From Eledone cirrhosa (taxonomy: Eukaryota), in NCBI GenBank assembly GCA_964016885.1, contig OZ024743.1, positions 59,582,001-59,646,000 on the forward strand: 64,000 bases of DNA. The letters are read 5' to 3'. The position numbers were made by a program, and so were the translations under genes. Each line of letters starts with the position of its first letter. Positions within the stretch are counted from its first letter, which is position 1. Below the pieces are notes generated by a model that worked only from the letters and a program-made list of their open reading frames with translations, was not told the origin of the DNA and made no database searches. Below are positions 46,213-60,345 of the stretch, piece after piece.

Positions 46213-48616
46213 ATATTCATTAGTTAAGCAAAACAAGACCACAACATTCACATGCAAGACGTTAGTTATAGAGTGTCAACATAGTTTCAGTTTGATGTAT
46301 GGAATAAAGAGTGTAATTGTAGTTTAATGTAAGGAATAATAATGTTCAACGGCTCATTCTGGACAAGAAAGGACAGAACAGACAACTTCGACATCACAAT
46401 GGGCTCAAGCGACTCTGCCCAAGTCACCGATTTAGTTGGAATCTACCTCTTGCATAACATCAGAGATGAGATCCAACACTAGCAAGGTAGAATATATAGG
46501 GACGACGCCCTATTTGCATCCACAATTGCACTAATCGAGGCATTGACTTGCTCAAAAAACAATTACATAGATTCTTTTTAAAAATAACTGTCTCTCTATC
46601 ACCATCGAATCGAACCATAAGGTAGTTACTTTCCTGGACCTTACCCTAGATCCTAATAACAATTTATATTACCCTTATCATAAACCAGGTGAAATACTTA
46701 CATATATTAGCCCGCACTCTAACCACCCACCGGCAGTCATCAGAGCAGTCATTAAATCTATCTCTTATAGGATCTCCATGCTATCCGCAAATGAGGAGAT
46801 ATTTAAGAACCATGCGGCATATTATAATAAGGCCCTTTCTGAATCTGGTTATGAACAGTCTATCTACTACATACCTAAATGCTATAACACAGAACTTCAC
46901 CAGAACTATAATAATGTTAACACTAGAACTAGAAACACAATAGCCTGTAGCCAGATACGCCGGAACTTTAGCCTTAACAACACCTATACAGGGAACCGTA
47001 ATAGTTACAGAGGCCTATTTCCCACTCCTAGTAGCAGACTCAGAATCAACCCTAAAATAGGAACAAACAATGGGATGACCAATAGCAAACACCTCAGTAA
47101 TAATAACCCGATTAAGTCCCTCGCCAACTCTACTAGAACTCCTAGAAGTAATAGGCCTAGAAATATCACCTGGATTAACCCCCCATTCTCATCTAATTTA
47201 GCCACTAATATCGCTAAACTCTTCTTCTCTACCCTATCTAACACCCCCCCCCCCCCCACCATATATATTACACACTCTTTAATAAAAACAATATTAAAAT
47301 CTCCTTCTCCACGACACCGAACCTAGCTAGCCACATCGCATTCAGCAACCATCATAAACTAAAAAAATATAAATCCCACACCGCGGTACCACCACCCCTC
47401 ATAAATATACCACGCAACTGTACCAATACTTATTCTAGTAGCATAACTCCCCCTTCCAATCCTAATAGTACACACCAGTCGCTTAGTTTAAACAACCCTA
47501 CTCTTACTAATCGCAACATAATTGCAACTGCCGTTACCTTAATGTATACCCACTTAACGGACAATGCCTTACGCCCAATATAGTATATAGGTGCACAGTT
47601 AGAACGGCATCACATACTAGCTCCTATATTGGCTCTACCTCTAACCCTTTTAAGATACGCTATAATGCGAACTCCTTCCGAGACCCTAGCAATAGATGCT
47701 CAACATCTCTAGATAGGTTCATTAAAAACCTTAAATTAACCAACATTGAACATTCACTAACCTGGGATATCTTGGCTAGATCCCAGCGTTCAATGGACGA
47801 AGACACTTTTGTGATCTCTGTCTAACCAAAGCCTATCACATACCTCTGTCACGCGCACCACCTATTAACGACAGAAACGAGATAATTATTAACTGTCACC
47901 ATCGTAGGGTAAATTCCTTCGCCAACACAATATTCGACCCAACATAGTCATCAAATCTAGCCACTACATATGGTTAGCATGTTAAGTTTTTATCCCTATA
48001 GTTAGACAATTATAAGTTAACTCCATTACATTATCTCACGTTTATGGTCATTTGCACTACCTTAGTTTTAAATTCCTTATGAATTTAACTTTTCAAGGAC
48101 TTACCTCCCTTGAAACCCGTCTCTAATTAATAAGGTCAATTTCCTAAAAGTAGCCATCTTATTACGCAAAAGCAGATCTTGCTTAATACAGCCTCTACAG
48201 AAGAGTAATGCTTGTTTATAGCAGACATTTCAGCTATCCAGGACTCCTTTCGTGAGCGGCCAATCTATGTAATCTTACAGACACGTAACCATCTTACTTT
48301 ATTTTATTTTATATTTCTTATTCCATCTTATCTATATCAATATTTTCATTATCTGATTTGACGTTCTGAAGAGCTTCATAACACTACTTAAGTTACTTCA
48401 CTTCCTCTGAACCAGATCAATAACGATCAAATAATCAATTGATCCAGAAACATTATATGGAGTATTGAAACAATTGTAAACGGACATTATTATTCCTTAA
48501 ATTAAACTACAATTACACTCTTTATTCCTTACATTAAACTGCAACTATGTTGACACTCTTTAACTAACGTATTCCATGTGAATTTTGTGGTCTTGTTTTG
48601 CTTAAATAATGAATAT
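46213..48616 (+). mobile_element. Penelope-like element (decayed RT plus GIY-YIG) with inverted pLTR piece at the truncated 5' end
   Basis: FDITMGSSDSAQVTDLVGIYLL, YRDDAL, FLDLTLD, YHKP, WINPPFSSNLATNIA, IVYRCTV..SYIGSTSNPFKIRYN; 46213-46346 is an inverted copy of 48484-48616. Confidence 0.88.
48362..48482 (+). ncRNA. PLE pLTR hammerhead ribozyme (CUGAAGA core, long stem II, palindromic stem III)
   Basis: cgtt-CTGAAGA-gcttcata...tatggagt-att-GAAA-caattg-TA-aacg. Confidence 0.65.
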
Positions 48617-48784
48617 TTCCAGCTCTGTGTACCTAATCTCTGCATGAACCAAGTTCTCTAGGTGCCTCCCACTGCATATTGCACATTGAGCACATGCCTT
48701 TACGCTTTTGGCTTCTAACACCTTCATCAATCTCTCTTCTCTCCTATCCCCATCTCTCTATTTAAGATTTGTTTACTCTCGAAC

Positions 48785-48822
<38 letters not shown>

Positions 48823-48860
48823 CTTATATTTCTAATTCTATATATATATCTATATATCTA

Positions 48861-49009
<149 letters not shown>

Positions 49010-50582
49010 AGAAATATAAGCTTTCGCCGTATTTTTGACTAAAGAAATTTTAACCTGATAGTGGGGCTTAGAACCCTCAGAGTAATGGAAAAAGATGAGT
49101 ATTGACGTCTGAATACATAAAAAGAACATACCTTTTATTACAGTATGTATGTTACCACTACATTAAAAGACATAAAAAAACTGCGAAAGGTACGGGAAAT
49201 ACATTATAATCAAACAGATTAATAAAATGGAATGCGTACCTCTAAACTATATCACCTGTACAGTCCCATGGAGGGATTGTTTCACTAAATGCTATAAGAA
49301 TCACTTTATCCATAGATCATCAGCAGGAGTTTCAGAGATTGTGTCTTGCGCGTCTAATTATAAGTTAGAAACTAATCATCCACAGGTCCTTTACTCCTTT
49401 GCTTCATTTGATACATTTATATATAAATTCAAGTTTACAATTCCGTGTGTCCGCCTAAAACTAGCAAACTACCGGACTAAACTCCTCAAAATGACATGTA
49501 ACGCTCGAAAAAGTTTTACTTTGCAAAACAGGGAATTCATTTCAATTCAATTTATCTCATTTTCTAATGAATATCAAAAGAGATCATCCATTTTGTTTTT
49601 TTATGTTCTGTAGATAAGAGAGTGAGGGATGGGAGAGAGAAAGAGAGAGTGAGTGGGACACGGGAGAGCGAGTAAGAGGATGACAGAGAAAGAGAGAGAG
49701 TGAGTGGATCGAGAGAGAGAGTAAGGGGATGTGAGAGAGAAAGAACGAGAGTAAGGGATGAGAGTGAAAGAGAGAGTAAGGGGATGTGAGAGAGAAAGAA
49801 ATAAAGTAAGTAATGGGATGAGAGAGAAAGACGATGAAAGAGAGAGAGGGGGAAAGTAACCAGCGTTGTTACGTTTATTTATTTATTTATTATTTTTACA
49901 CACTTCTTATCTCTCCCAATGTTATTTAACTTTTATTTATTTTTTGTTCGCTATTCTGTAGAGTGAGAGAAAGAAAGAGAGGAGATGAGAAAGAGAAAGG
50001 GAGTGAGGCGGATGGGGAGAGAAAGAAAATAAGAAAAGAGAGATGGGAGAGATAAAAAAGGTAAAGATGCAGGAGAGAGGGAGGGTGATTGGAGTGATTC
50101 TTTACCTAACGTGTGTCCGCGTTTATATATATATTTACACACACATATGTGTGTTTTATGGGAGGGGGGGGGGGGGCGTTCTTTGGCAGACGATATATGT
50201 TACCATCAAAGCTTCTTTTCTACATATGTCTAAAGAAATCACAGATGCTTTTATAGAGGTTGTATATATATATATGTATTTAACAGACAAAAAAAAAACG
50301 GTATTTTTAAAAGATATTATTTGAATATATTATTTTCCGCTGTTTGAATTAACACAGAAAATATTTTTTTTGTAGTGTTTGTGGTTTTTTTAGGGGTGGA
50401 GGTGGGAGTTGGATGAAAAATCGAAATTTCAGAATACAGTCTGAAATCCCAATGTTTTCTACATATGTCCAAAATTAATTACACCTAATATACAATCATA
50501 TAAAGAGATAATTTAAAACAACTTTACTGAGTGAACAATACATTCTATAGTTGTTTCTACTTCGGAAAGAGTGTGGTGTGTA

Positions 50583-50650
50583 ATAATTGTTTCTACTTTT
50601 GACACAAGGTCAGCAATTATTCCAGTGCATTACTGGTACTTTATTTTATC
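50583..50650 (-). mobile_element. 5'-truncated SINE family 1 inserted in the Helitron with a 12-bp TSD
   Basis: gtgtggtgtgta occurs at both 50571-50582 and 50651-50662. Confidence 0.8.
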
Positions 50651-50676
50651 GTGTGGTGTGTATTAATATCATTTCA

Positions 50677-53600
50677 AATGCCTAGAAAACGTTCCAGATC
50701 ATTATACGGAAGGTCATCTTCAGAGGCTAAGAGAAAGAAAACACAGCGATCTGAAGAAAGTGAAGAAGTTCGGCCTGCCCGTCCAGCTGCTAACAGAGCC
50801 CAAACAGCTTTATCACGAGCACACCGTTTGGATGAAAGGGAACAAAGGCTGCTACACGACTGCTGCTACATGAAAACAACAAATTAAGGAACAGCAGCAA
50901 ATCAGACGAAAAGCAAATCAAGCACATCGTTTCTACTGCCCGAGCAGGAGAACAAGCCACAAATAAAATGAACTGGATCATGGGTGCTTTTTCTTATGAC
51001 GCTCCAAATCAACATTGGGAAAATGAACAAATGCTGCCAATATTGTGGTGCCAAGAAGTGGGCAGCAGAAACACCATATCTATGCTGCTCAAAAGGCAAA
51101 GTGAGCCTTAAAACAATACAAGAACCTCCTGAATTTCTGAAGAATCTGCTCCTTCAGCATACACCAGAAGCTCGACACTTCAATAAATACATCATAAAAT
51201 ATATTTCTGCCTTTCAAATGACATCTTTTGGGGCTGACAGGAATGTGACTGACTTTAGATTCTGTACAACTTATAAAATTCAGGGACAGTGTTACCACTT
51301 AATGGGTGGTCTTTCTGCCACTTTCACAGGAGCCTCACAAATTTGTGCAGGTTTACTTCATGGCTGGAAAGGAAACACAGGCACTACAAAGATGTAACAA
51401 TGTCCATGGTGGATTGTAGTTCTACATAGTCATAAAGTTACAAGAAATGCTTCACCAACATCACATGTACGTCAGTGTATTTAAATATGCATTGGAGAAT
51501 ATGAACAACACCAGAGATCGTAAAATCGTCATTAGGGCAGACAAACGCCCAGATTCAGAACATGAACGCCGATTCAATGCACCTGTCACTAATGAAGTTG
51601 CAATCAAAATGGTTGATGAACAGCATCAACGACGGGACATTGTTTTGCAAAACCAAAGTGGACATTTGGAGCTAATTTGTGAAACTCATAGTGCCTATGA
51701 TTCACCCAAATATCCGCTCATATTTCGGAATGGTCAAGATGGATATCATTTTCAGCTACGGCAGATCAGCTTAGGGATGGGACAAGAAACTGGCCCATCA
51801 ATCAGCTGCAAAGAATTATATGCTTATCACTTCATTGTACGTGATCACTTCAACTAAGTTCTGCGATTCAAAGAAGTAACTAGCCAGTTTATGGTGGACA
51901 TGTATGCCAAAATTAAAACAGAAAGATTGAGTTTTCTGCGAAGGAATCAAACCAAGTTGAGGGCAGATAACAACATCCACATTAGAGATGTCATCAATTC
52001 TGATGTTGACCCAAGAAATATTGGTCAGCCAGTCATACTACCATCAAGCTTCACGGGAGGATCACGTTACATGCATGAACGTACGCAATATGAAATGGCC
52101 TATGTCAGAAAATTTGGTCGGTCAGATCTCTTCATTACATTTACATGCAATTCAAACTGGTCAGAAATATCAAATGAATTATTTCAAAATCAAAAACCAA
52201 AGGATCGACATAACATCATTGCTCGGGTTTTCCATGAAAAGCAACAAAAAAAAAACTCATCTGGCTCCCAAAAGAAGGAAGAATCTTTGGTGAGTTTAGT
52301 GCTTGGATAACCACTATTGATTGGCAGAAGAGAGGTCTTGCTCACTCTCACACACTAATCTGGTGCCAGGAGAAGATAAGACCAGATGATGTTGATAATA
52401 TCATTTCAACAGAGTTGCCTGATAAAGGTGGTGATCCAGAGCTCTTTGAAACCATCAAGTCCAAACTCATTCATGGTCCTTGTGGAGTCATCAATCCAGC
52501 CTCTCCCTGCATGACAGATCAAAAATGCAGCATACATTATCCTAGAGCTTTTATTCGGGAAACTCGGACTGACAATAACGGATACCCCCTTTATCGTAGG
52601 CGTAGACCAGAACATGGAGGCAATACTGCAAACCTAACAGTTCGAGGAGAGGAGCTGACCATAAACAATCAGTGGGTCATCCCACACAACATATTGTTGT
52701 ATACACTTTTAAAAGCTCATATCATATGTTGAGCATTGCAGCTCCATCAAGGCAATCCTATGTGTCACAAAATATATCAACAAGGGCAGTGACATGGCTA
52801 CCTTTATTACTGACAAAGAACTCAATGATGGTGGGCTGGATGAGGTCAAACAGTATCAAACAGGTCGATACATCTCCAGCAATGAAGCTATCTGGCGAAT
52901 CTTTGGATTTGATATCCACCAACGCCACCCAACAGTGGTCAACCTGGCAGTCCATCTGGAACATGGACAGATAGTGTACTTCACTGAGATCACTGCTCAT
53001 CAGTTGTCACAAACACCACATGACACTACACTAACTGCTTTCTTTAACCCTTTAATGTTCAAACCGGCCAAAACCGGCCATAATTCTCTACCTCTTTCTG
53101 TTGAAACTGGCTGTAACTGGTCGCTCAAACTGATGTTAAGTTAGTGTTCTCAAAATAAATACTTTCAAAATCTCATAGATTCGATATTATGTGAGATAAT
53201 TATGCGAAGTAATGCCTTTACCATGAACATATAATAGTATATATAGAGTAATGTGAATAATAAAGGGTTAAACTCTGCCAGAATGATGAATTTGTTCGAT
53301 CCCTCCTATATGCTGAAGTCCCAACATACTACACCTGGACTAATTGCAAGACTTGAAACCGAAGAAAGCAGGGTCATTTAGTGGAAGGTCATGAAGTCAA
53401 GTCAAGTGATGCTATTCGGCCTGTTTACAATGCCCATCCCAACAACAGAGAATGTTTTTATTTACAGCTACTTCTGCATACTGTTCGAGGACCAACGTCT
53501 TTTGAGGATCGTAGGAGCTTCAGAGGAAGGGAGTGCGCAACATTCCAAGAAGTATGTAAACAGCATGGACGCCTGCATAACAATGGACACTGGAAGAAGT

Positions 53601-55291
53601 GCCTACAAGAAGCAGCAATCACTCAAGTAGCCAGTCAAATAAGACAATTATTTGCTATGATGCTCACAGCATGTGGAATTGATGAAACTCATTTACTCTG
53701 GCAGGAGTACAAAAACAATATGTCGGCCGACTATCTACATCTGACCGAAGACATCCTGGCAATATGTATATGGAATATATCCCCAGGATTTACAATCAAG
53801 CTCTCTGTGACTTGTCCTATCGAGTTCAGGCAATGAATAGCACATTAACTAACTGCGGGATGCCAGATGAAGAAATGGAGGTAGCACAAGACATTTTTCA
53901 GGAGACAAACTACGATATTCAAACATTGCATAAGTTTGTGGATGAAAATGAACCTCGATTGATGGATGACCAGAAATACGCCTACCACAACGTCATCGAA
54001 AACATTCAAAATTACAGGGGAGGACATTTCTTCATCGATGCACCTGTTGGCACAGTCAAGACATTCCTCATAAGCCTCCTACTTGCAGAAGTTTGCCAAA
54101 AGCAGCATATTGCCTTGCTGTGGCTTCAGGTGGCATTGCAGCAACACTTCTGGATGGAGCAAGAACTGCACAATCCATGTTTAAGCTGCCCACAGATCTC
54201 ACACGGCATGAACAATGTTTTTGCAACATCAAGAAGAACTCACCAAAGGGCAAGCTTCTGCAAACTTGCAAGATGATAATTTGGGATGAAGCTACTATGA
54301 GCCATAAAGAAGCAATTAAAGCTTTGGACCGGACGATAAGGGATCTGAGAGAAAATAGTTGCATAATGGGAGGAGTGACAATGGTTCTTGCTGGTGATTT
54401 CAGACAAACTCTTTCTGTATTTCTTCGAAGGACTCGAGGTGATCAAGTCAATGCCTGTCTGAAAACATCCTATCTCTGGCCCCACCTTCAGCTGCTGAGC
54501 CATACAACCAACATGCGAGTGCACTTTACTGGTGACGGAGGTGGGAAATGGACTTCTTGAAAAGGACTCCAATGACCATATTCAGTTGTCATTAGGCCAT
54601 ATGATTGACAATTGACACAGAACAGGTACTGTTTGCCAGAGTGTTTCCACATATTCAGACCTGGCAATGTGATCCGAAATGGCTCTGTGAACGAGCAATC
54701 TTAGCACCTAAAAATGTTGCTGTGAAAGAAATAAACAAAAGGCTGCTGGAGATGTTACCGGGAGAGAAAATATGCTACAAATGAGTTGACACAATCACTT
54801 CTCAAGACCAGGTTGTAAACTATCCAACTGAATTTTTGAACAGTCTTGAACAATGGGGAATTCCTCCACACAACCTGATACTGAAGCTTGGAGCATCTGT
54901 TATGGTACTTCGCAATCTGGATCCTCCAAAACTTTGTAATGGCACAAGACACATCATCGAAAATATGATGTCCAATGTTCTAGAAGTTGCAATCATGTCA
55001 GCAAAATTTGCTGGTGACAATTGCTTCATTCCCAGAATACCTCTGAAGTTAACTGATTTGCCATTTGAATTTCAAAGACTTCAATTTCCGATCAGTCACA
55101 GTTTTGCCATGACCATTAATAAATCTCAAGAGCAATCATTGAAAGTCATTGGGTTGAATCTATCAGATCCTGTCTATTCACATGATCAAATCTATGTTGG
55201 CACAACAAGGGTTGGGAACACTGATTGTCTCTTCATTGTGGCACCACATGGCAAAACCAAGAATGTTGTTTATCCAGAGACGTTGGAATGA
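50677..55291 (+). pseudogene. Helitron Rep/PIF1-helicase pseudogene
   Basis: CQYCGAKKW..CCSKGKV zinc motif; VILPSSFTGGSRYM, DLFITFTCN, IDWQKRGLAHSH (HUH), KYINKGSD; PIF1 motifs FIDAPVGTVKT, ASGGIAATLL, IIWDEATM, AGDFRQTL, LCNGTR, FAMTINKSQ; many frameshifts. Confidence 0.92.
53048..53267. mobile_element. piggyBac-type MITE inserted at TTAA in the Helitron ORF
   Basis: TTAA-ccctttA...Taaaggg-TTAA; removing it restores TLTAFF-KLCQNDEF. Confidence 0.88.
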
Positions 55292-56207
55292 GAAATGTCG
55301 TAATTCCTCATTCAATGACAATACACACAGATCCTAATTCCTTAATCATGTAGTTTGCAAGGAATTCTGAAGCCGCAAATTTACTGCATGGTGTTACTTT
55401 GGAAGAATATGCAAACATTCCCGGGTACCTTTGCTATATAAAGTAATATAAGTGAGGACATTGTTGGATAGAAATAGCAACCAAATTTCCTTCAAATCCC
55501 ACCTTAATTTCTCAGAGTTGTATATATGTATGAAGCAAAAAGGAATGGTTCTATGTGATAACTCGATCTACTAGAAATATTAGCAAAATCCAGTTCAAAT
55601 CCCAAACAACTGTCTTACACACATACATGTGTGTGAATGTATCTATGTATGTCATGTGAGCCACTATAACTGTTGGTATAGCGAATAGAAATAGAAAACA
55701 AATCTCCCTCAAACAAGATCCTCTGCCATAGAGGCAAAGATTGGTGAAAGCTACAGTGTACACATTAAAATAAACTTTTTCCAGAATTACAGAAATGAGT
55801 AAGTACATGCTTCATTTAATCATAAACCAATGCTAAATATATTTTCTTATTTTATTTATGGTTTTTAAAATAGTCTTTACATGTTGTTTGAATTTCAGAG
55901 GATCAGATTGAGCAAAAACAAAAAAATCTAAATGCATTTTTTGGGTCATGCCCTTTTCACTGACAACATACCTAATGATTCATCGATGAGTAAAGTATTA
56001 TATATGCTGACTGTAATAGAGACCAGTATTCAAAAAATCACCACTGGAAAAAACTAATATTTTTATTTAGATGATTCACTTTGACCAAACGGCAATAAAT
56101 ATTCAGTTATAATTCCTACTTTGGTTAAAATTCAGCAATCATATTTGAAAGGTCAAATATATTGTAACTTTCATAAAATACCCGGGTATCACCGGCTAGC
56201 TCAGCTA

Positions 56208-56321
<114 letters not shown>

Positions 56322-56546
56322 CGAAAGATCGACGTTTCAGTTCATCATGTACTATTCTTTACACTCGTTCCCAAGTCAGAAGTTTTCAGCGCTAATCGGT
56401 CACAATGAACTCGATTCTGTGATCAAATTGCTCATCAGACGTAATGTCGATATGAAACGGAATATGTTTATCTCTGAACATTACGGTGCATATTTACGAA
56501 TTTAATATAAAATATGTATTATACAGCAGTCGGAAATCTGGAAGAG

Positions 56547-56590
56547 ATCGTCCTGATGAGAACCAGTTAAGTTCGAAATGCATCGACGAT
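56547..56590 (+). ncRNA. Canonical minimal type I hammerhead ribozyme, family F
   Basis: atcgtc-CTGATGA-gaac(cagttaa)gttc-GAAA-tgca-TC-gacgat; palindromic stem III AUGCAU. Confidence 0.85.
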
Positions 56591-56726
56591 GGTGCCCCTT
56601 GCTTCTGCTGTACACTACCAGAGGGCGTTAGCTCCGTTGTTTTGTATAGCTACTGCTTTCTAAATGTTTACCTGTAAATATTCCGTATTTTTATAGAAAT
56701 CAAAATTTCAATACACATACAAACTC

Positions 56727-56759
<33 letters not shown>

Positions 56760-56779
56760 TTAAAATATTTATTAAAATA

Positions 56780-57419
56780 TTTATTAAAATAACAGATTAA
56801 TGTTTAAGCAAAGAATCGTTGCTTTCACCTTTAAGGGGATCTTCTGAAACTAAAAAAAAAATCAATCTGTAAACGCAGAAGTAAATATTTTGAAAAACAT
56901 TTCAACCGAAGGAAGACAGGAATACGATACTTTGGTTCGTGGGGACTTTCCCTGGCAAGGAACGGAAAAAACGAAGATAATACGCCATTGTGTAGACAAT
57001 GAGAGCAATTACACGCAAAGAGAAAACCACGGTTATGGACTAACTGAAGTCGTAGACTAAAATTCTATTTAGGAAACTGAATGATTCTCGGCTTCAGTGT
57101 TAATAATAATGTAATTAAATTACAGAGGTTATTGAAATCAACAATAACGCCCGCACAAACATACCTACATGTAAATACACATATGTTCTTTAAACGTACG
57201 TCAACCAAATCACAAAATACACATATACACACCCTAGATACATGCAAACCCGCATACACATACAGACCAAAGTATCGTCTCCCTGTCTTCCTTCGGTTGC
57301 AACGTTTTTCGAAATCTTTACTTCTGCGTTCACCGATTGATTTTTTTAGTTTCAGAAGATCCCGTTAAGGGTGAAAGCAGCGTTTCTTCGCTTAAACTTT
57401 AATCTGTTATTTTAATAAA

Positions 57420-57420
<1 letters not shown>
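56780..57420. mobile_element. Family-C element as an inverted pair, flanked by (TA)n
   Basis: 56780-56935 is the reverse complement of ~57268-57420. Confidence 0.8.
57348..57398 (+). ncRNA. Type I hammerhead fold, family C (core CAGAAGA, U4>A)
   Basis: agttt-CAGAAGA-t ccc(gttaa)ggg t-GAAA-gc...gc-TT-aaact; the same core is on the minus strand at ~56803-56852. Confidence 0.55.
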
Positions 57421-57474
<54 letters not shown>

Positions 57475-57475
<1 letters not shown>

Positions 57476-58348
57476 AAATTAAATAAAATTAAGTCTCATG
57501 TCCGAGACATGCGCTATATCCACCGTAGAATATGCTCAAAGATTCCATTGAATAAATCCAAGCATTTTATATCTTTAAATTGATTGACATATATATATAT
57601 TTAAAATAAACATGTAAAAATCACAGGTGATAATCTGAAAAGTGTGTAAGCACATACAGCTAGGTAGGTAACTATTTAAAGTTTAACTAGAACTTCAAAT
57701 ATTACCTTTTAAAGATGATTAATCTTCCTTGTATATATTTCATTAAAGAAATATATTTCACCATTAATCCGTAAACTCACAGTAGTCAAATCGGATCTTC
57801 ATCTAGGGAGAAGATTTAACTATCTGTGTTTACACATCCAATGCAAATCTGCGAATGAACTGTCGCACGTGTTGCATTTCTAAAACTACACACATCGTGC
57901 TAGCGTCATCCCGGTGACGTGAATAGGGTTATCGACAGCTAGAAATAGCAGCCGTATCTTTTCAATTGAGATAGCTTTACAATTAAGGGGCCGTGTATAT
58001 ATCCAAAATTAAATTAAATTAATGTTCATGTCCAAGACATGTGCCATATCCACCGTGGAATAAGCTCAAAGATTCCAATGAATAGATCCGAGCATTTTAT
58101 ATCAACTAGAAATTGACTGATATATATATATTTAAAATAAACACATGAACAAATTACAGGTGATAATTTGTAAAGTGTGTAAGCACACACAACTAGGTAG
58201 GTAACTAATTAAAGTTTAAATAGAACTCTAAATATTACCTTATAAAAATGATTAATTGTAGAGCTAACTCAGTTGAAAGGACTGGGCTGCTATTTCTAGC
58301 TGTCGATAACCCTATTGATGCCAGTGGGATGACGCTGGCACGATGTGT
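57475..58348. mobile_element. 1.5 tandem copies of the ~525-bp unit plus an inverted end fragment
   Basis: Unit 57475-58000; partial repeat 58003-58255; 58252-58348 is the reverse complement of ~57890-57985. Confidence 0.8.
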
Positions 58349-60223
58349 GGGTAATTGCTGGCTTTGTGCAAAAAGTAGAAATAATTATTTTCCTTTGTAA
58401 ATATAACGACATAACTAAAAAGAATCAAAGGTGGTGTATGAAATATCAAAGATATTGAATTCTTCTGAACTAGTAATTATTTGTATTATAAATGTGTTTT
58501 GATTGGAATCATTATTGTTTCAAATTAAACAATAAATTTATTGAGGAATGTATTTGAATATCACATACTCCACAGGAATAACATATGTTGCCGGTGTATT
58601 TATGGATTGAACAGTCAGCGTGTCTATTCCCTTAATCTGTTAAGACCCTTCAGTTTCAGAAGGTGAGAATATATGATGAAGCCGCTTTAGGTATTATAGA
58701 ATAGTTTGATTTGCGTAATAGATTCCTGGATATTTTCTCATGTCTACGTTAATTAATTTATCCACATATATTCTATCTGATCACAAAGGTTATATATTTG
58801 TAATTATAAAGATATCAATCTACTCTGAATAGACAGTTTTAGACAGAAGATGATAAGAAGGTCCACTGCAATTTGTTTAATGCACGCGTAATAGGATTCA
58901 GCTGGAATAGAAGACAAGATCAAGCCATATATACCATCCTATCTAGTTTAACTATATGAACTTTCTACCACTCCCTCTCACCCTCCGTCTCTCTGTCAAT
59001 CTCTTTCTTCCACTCTCTAATACCACAGAATCTAATTTAGAATGGAATCGATGTTAATAAATATTAGTAATCTGTATTGTAACCACTTTCAAGGAAATTT
59101 CATACTGCACGGAAAGACAGGTTGAATGAATTAATTCATCTGTTCAAACAAAAGCTTAATAAATAACGAAAGATGGGTTTAAAGACAATACTGTGTATAC
59201 AGGTTCAGGTAACGTTCACTGCAAACAGAGAAAATGTTCTTTTATAACAAAATCACGCAGAATCATTTTGGCGTTGCAGTAAGTCTTGATAAAGTAATTA
59301 GAAACATGTACAATAAACAAGTCTCTAAATGAATATAACGTTCAACGGGACCAAGTAGATGAAAACCCGCAAGAGACTGTTAGATATTATTGTCATATAT
59401 AAAAAGCACATGGCAGCACACTGTACTATTTGTTATGTTTAACCCCAGGTTAACGTTGATTGGGCTGATCACTGATGAAAGGCAGTCAGGCAGCATTAGT
59501 GGGCAGATTGTAGCTTCAATAAAGCTTTGACTATGTTTAGCAGATCAAGAGGCAAGATAGATTCATTTATCCTAGTGTATAACATGCAGGAGCTTCAACG
59601 ATACTAAGCATTAGTTTGTGGTGAGTGTGGTAGAGGTAAAATAATTGATTATCTAAAGAATATATTTACAAATTGCAAGCGGTTCCTGCTACTTGAACCA
59701 ATATGAAATTGGAGGAAATCTTCAAAATTTAAATTAAATGAAACAAGTACCTTACATTCAACTAAATTAATTGTAAATCAGATGCGATCATTTGATTCAA
59801 GTCACGGAAAAATATAAACAAGGAAGAGTAAAGTGCCAAAAGACAATTAGATTGGAGAAAAGCCAGCGAGTGTAAGGAAGTGAAGTGATACGTCTAAATA
59901 TTTCAGATGTTATCTGCTCTGGAATTGTTAAATTGATACACTGGGTCTCCCAACAATCCTTTAAGAAAACGAAATGATTGAAGCTTCATACATTCTAAAT
60001 AAGAATAATTCTGTCTTAAAATCAACGAATTGCATCTAAAAATGAAGTTGATATATTCATGCTTGGCCTCGATCCAAATGATATTGATGTATGTGAGAAA
60101 GAGTACTTGATATCGGAGCAGAATTGAAATGTACTTAATTATGTGCTTAGAATATAGAAAACTCAATACGCACACACACAAGCACACAGGCACACACACC
60201 CACATATATATATATATATATGT

Positions 60224-60345
<122 letters not shown>

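Larger units (their letters stand above)
49414..55437 (+). mobile_element. Helitron, decayed autonomous copy
   Basis: Putative 5' end (tatatataaa...ccgtgtgtc) near 49414; GA-rich leader; Rep/Hel ORF fragments; degenerate 3' end ccgggtacctttgcta. The ends are approximate. Confidence 0.8.

Noticed and set aside
49615-50095. GA-rich purine tract as a separate feature
   Set aside because: Low-complexity sequence within the presumed Helitron leader.
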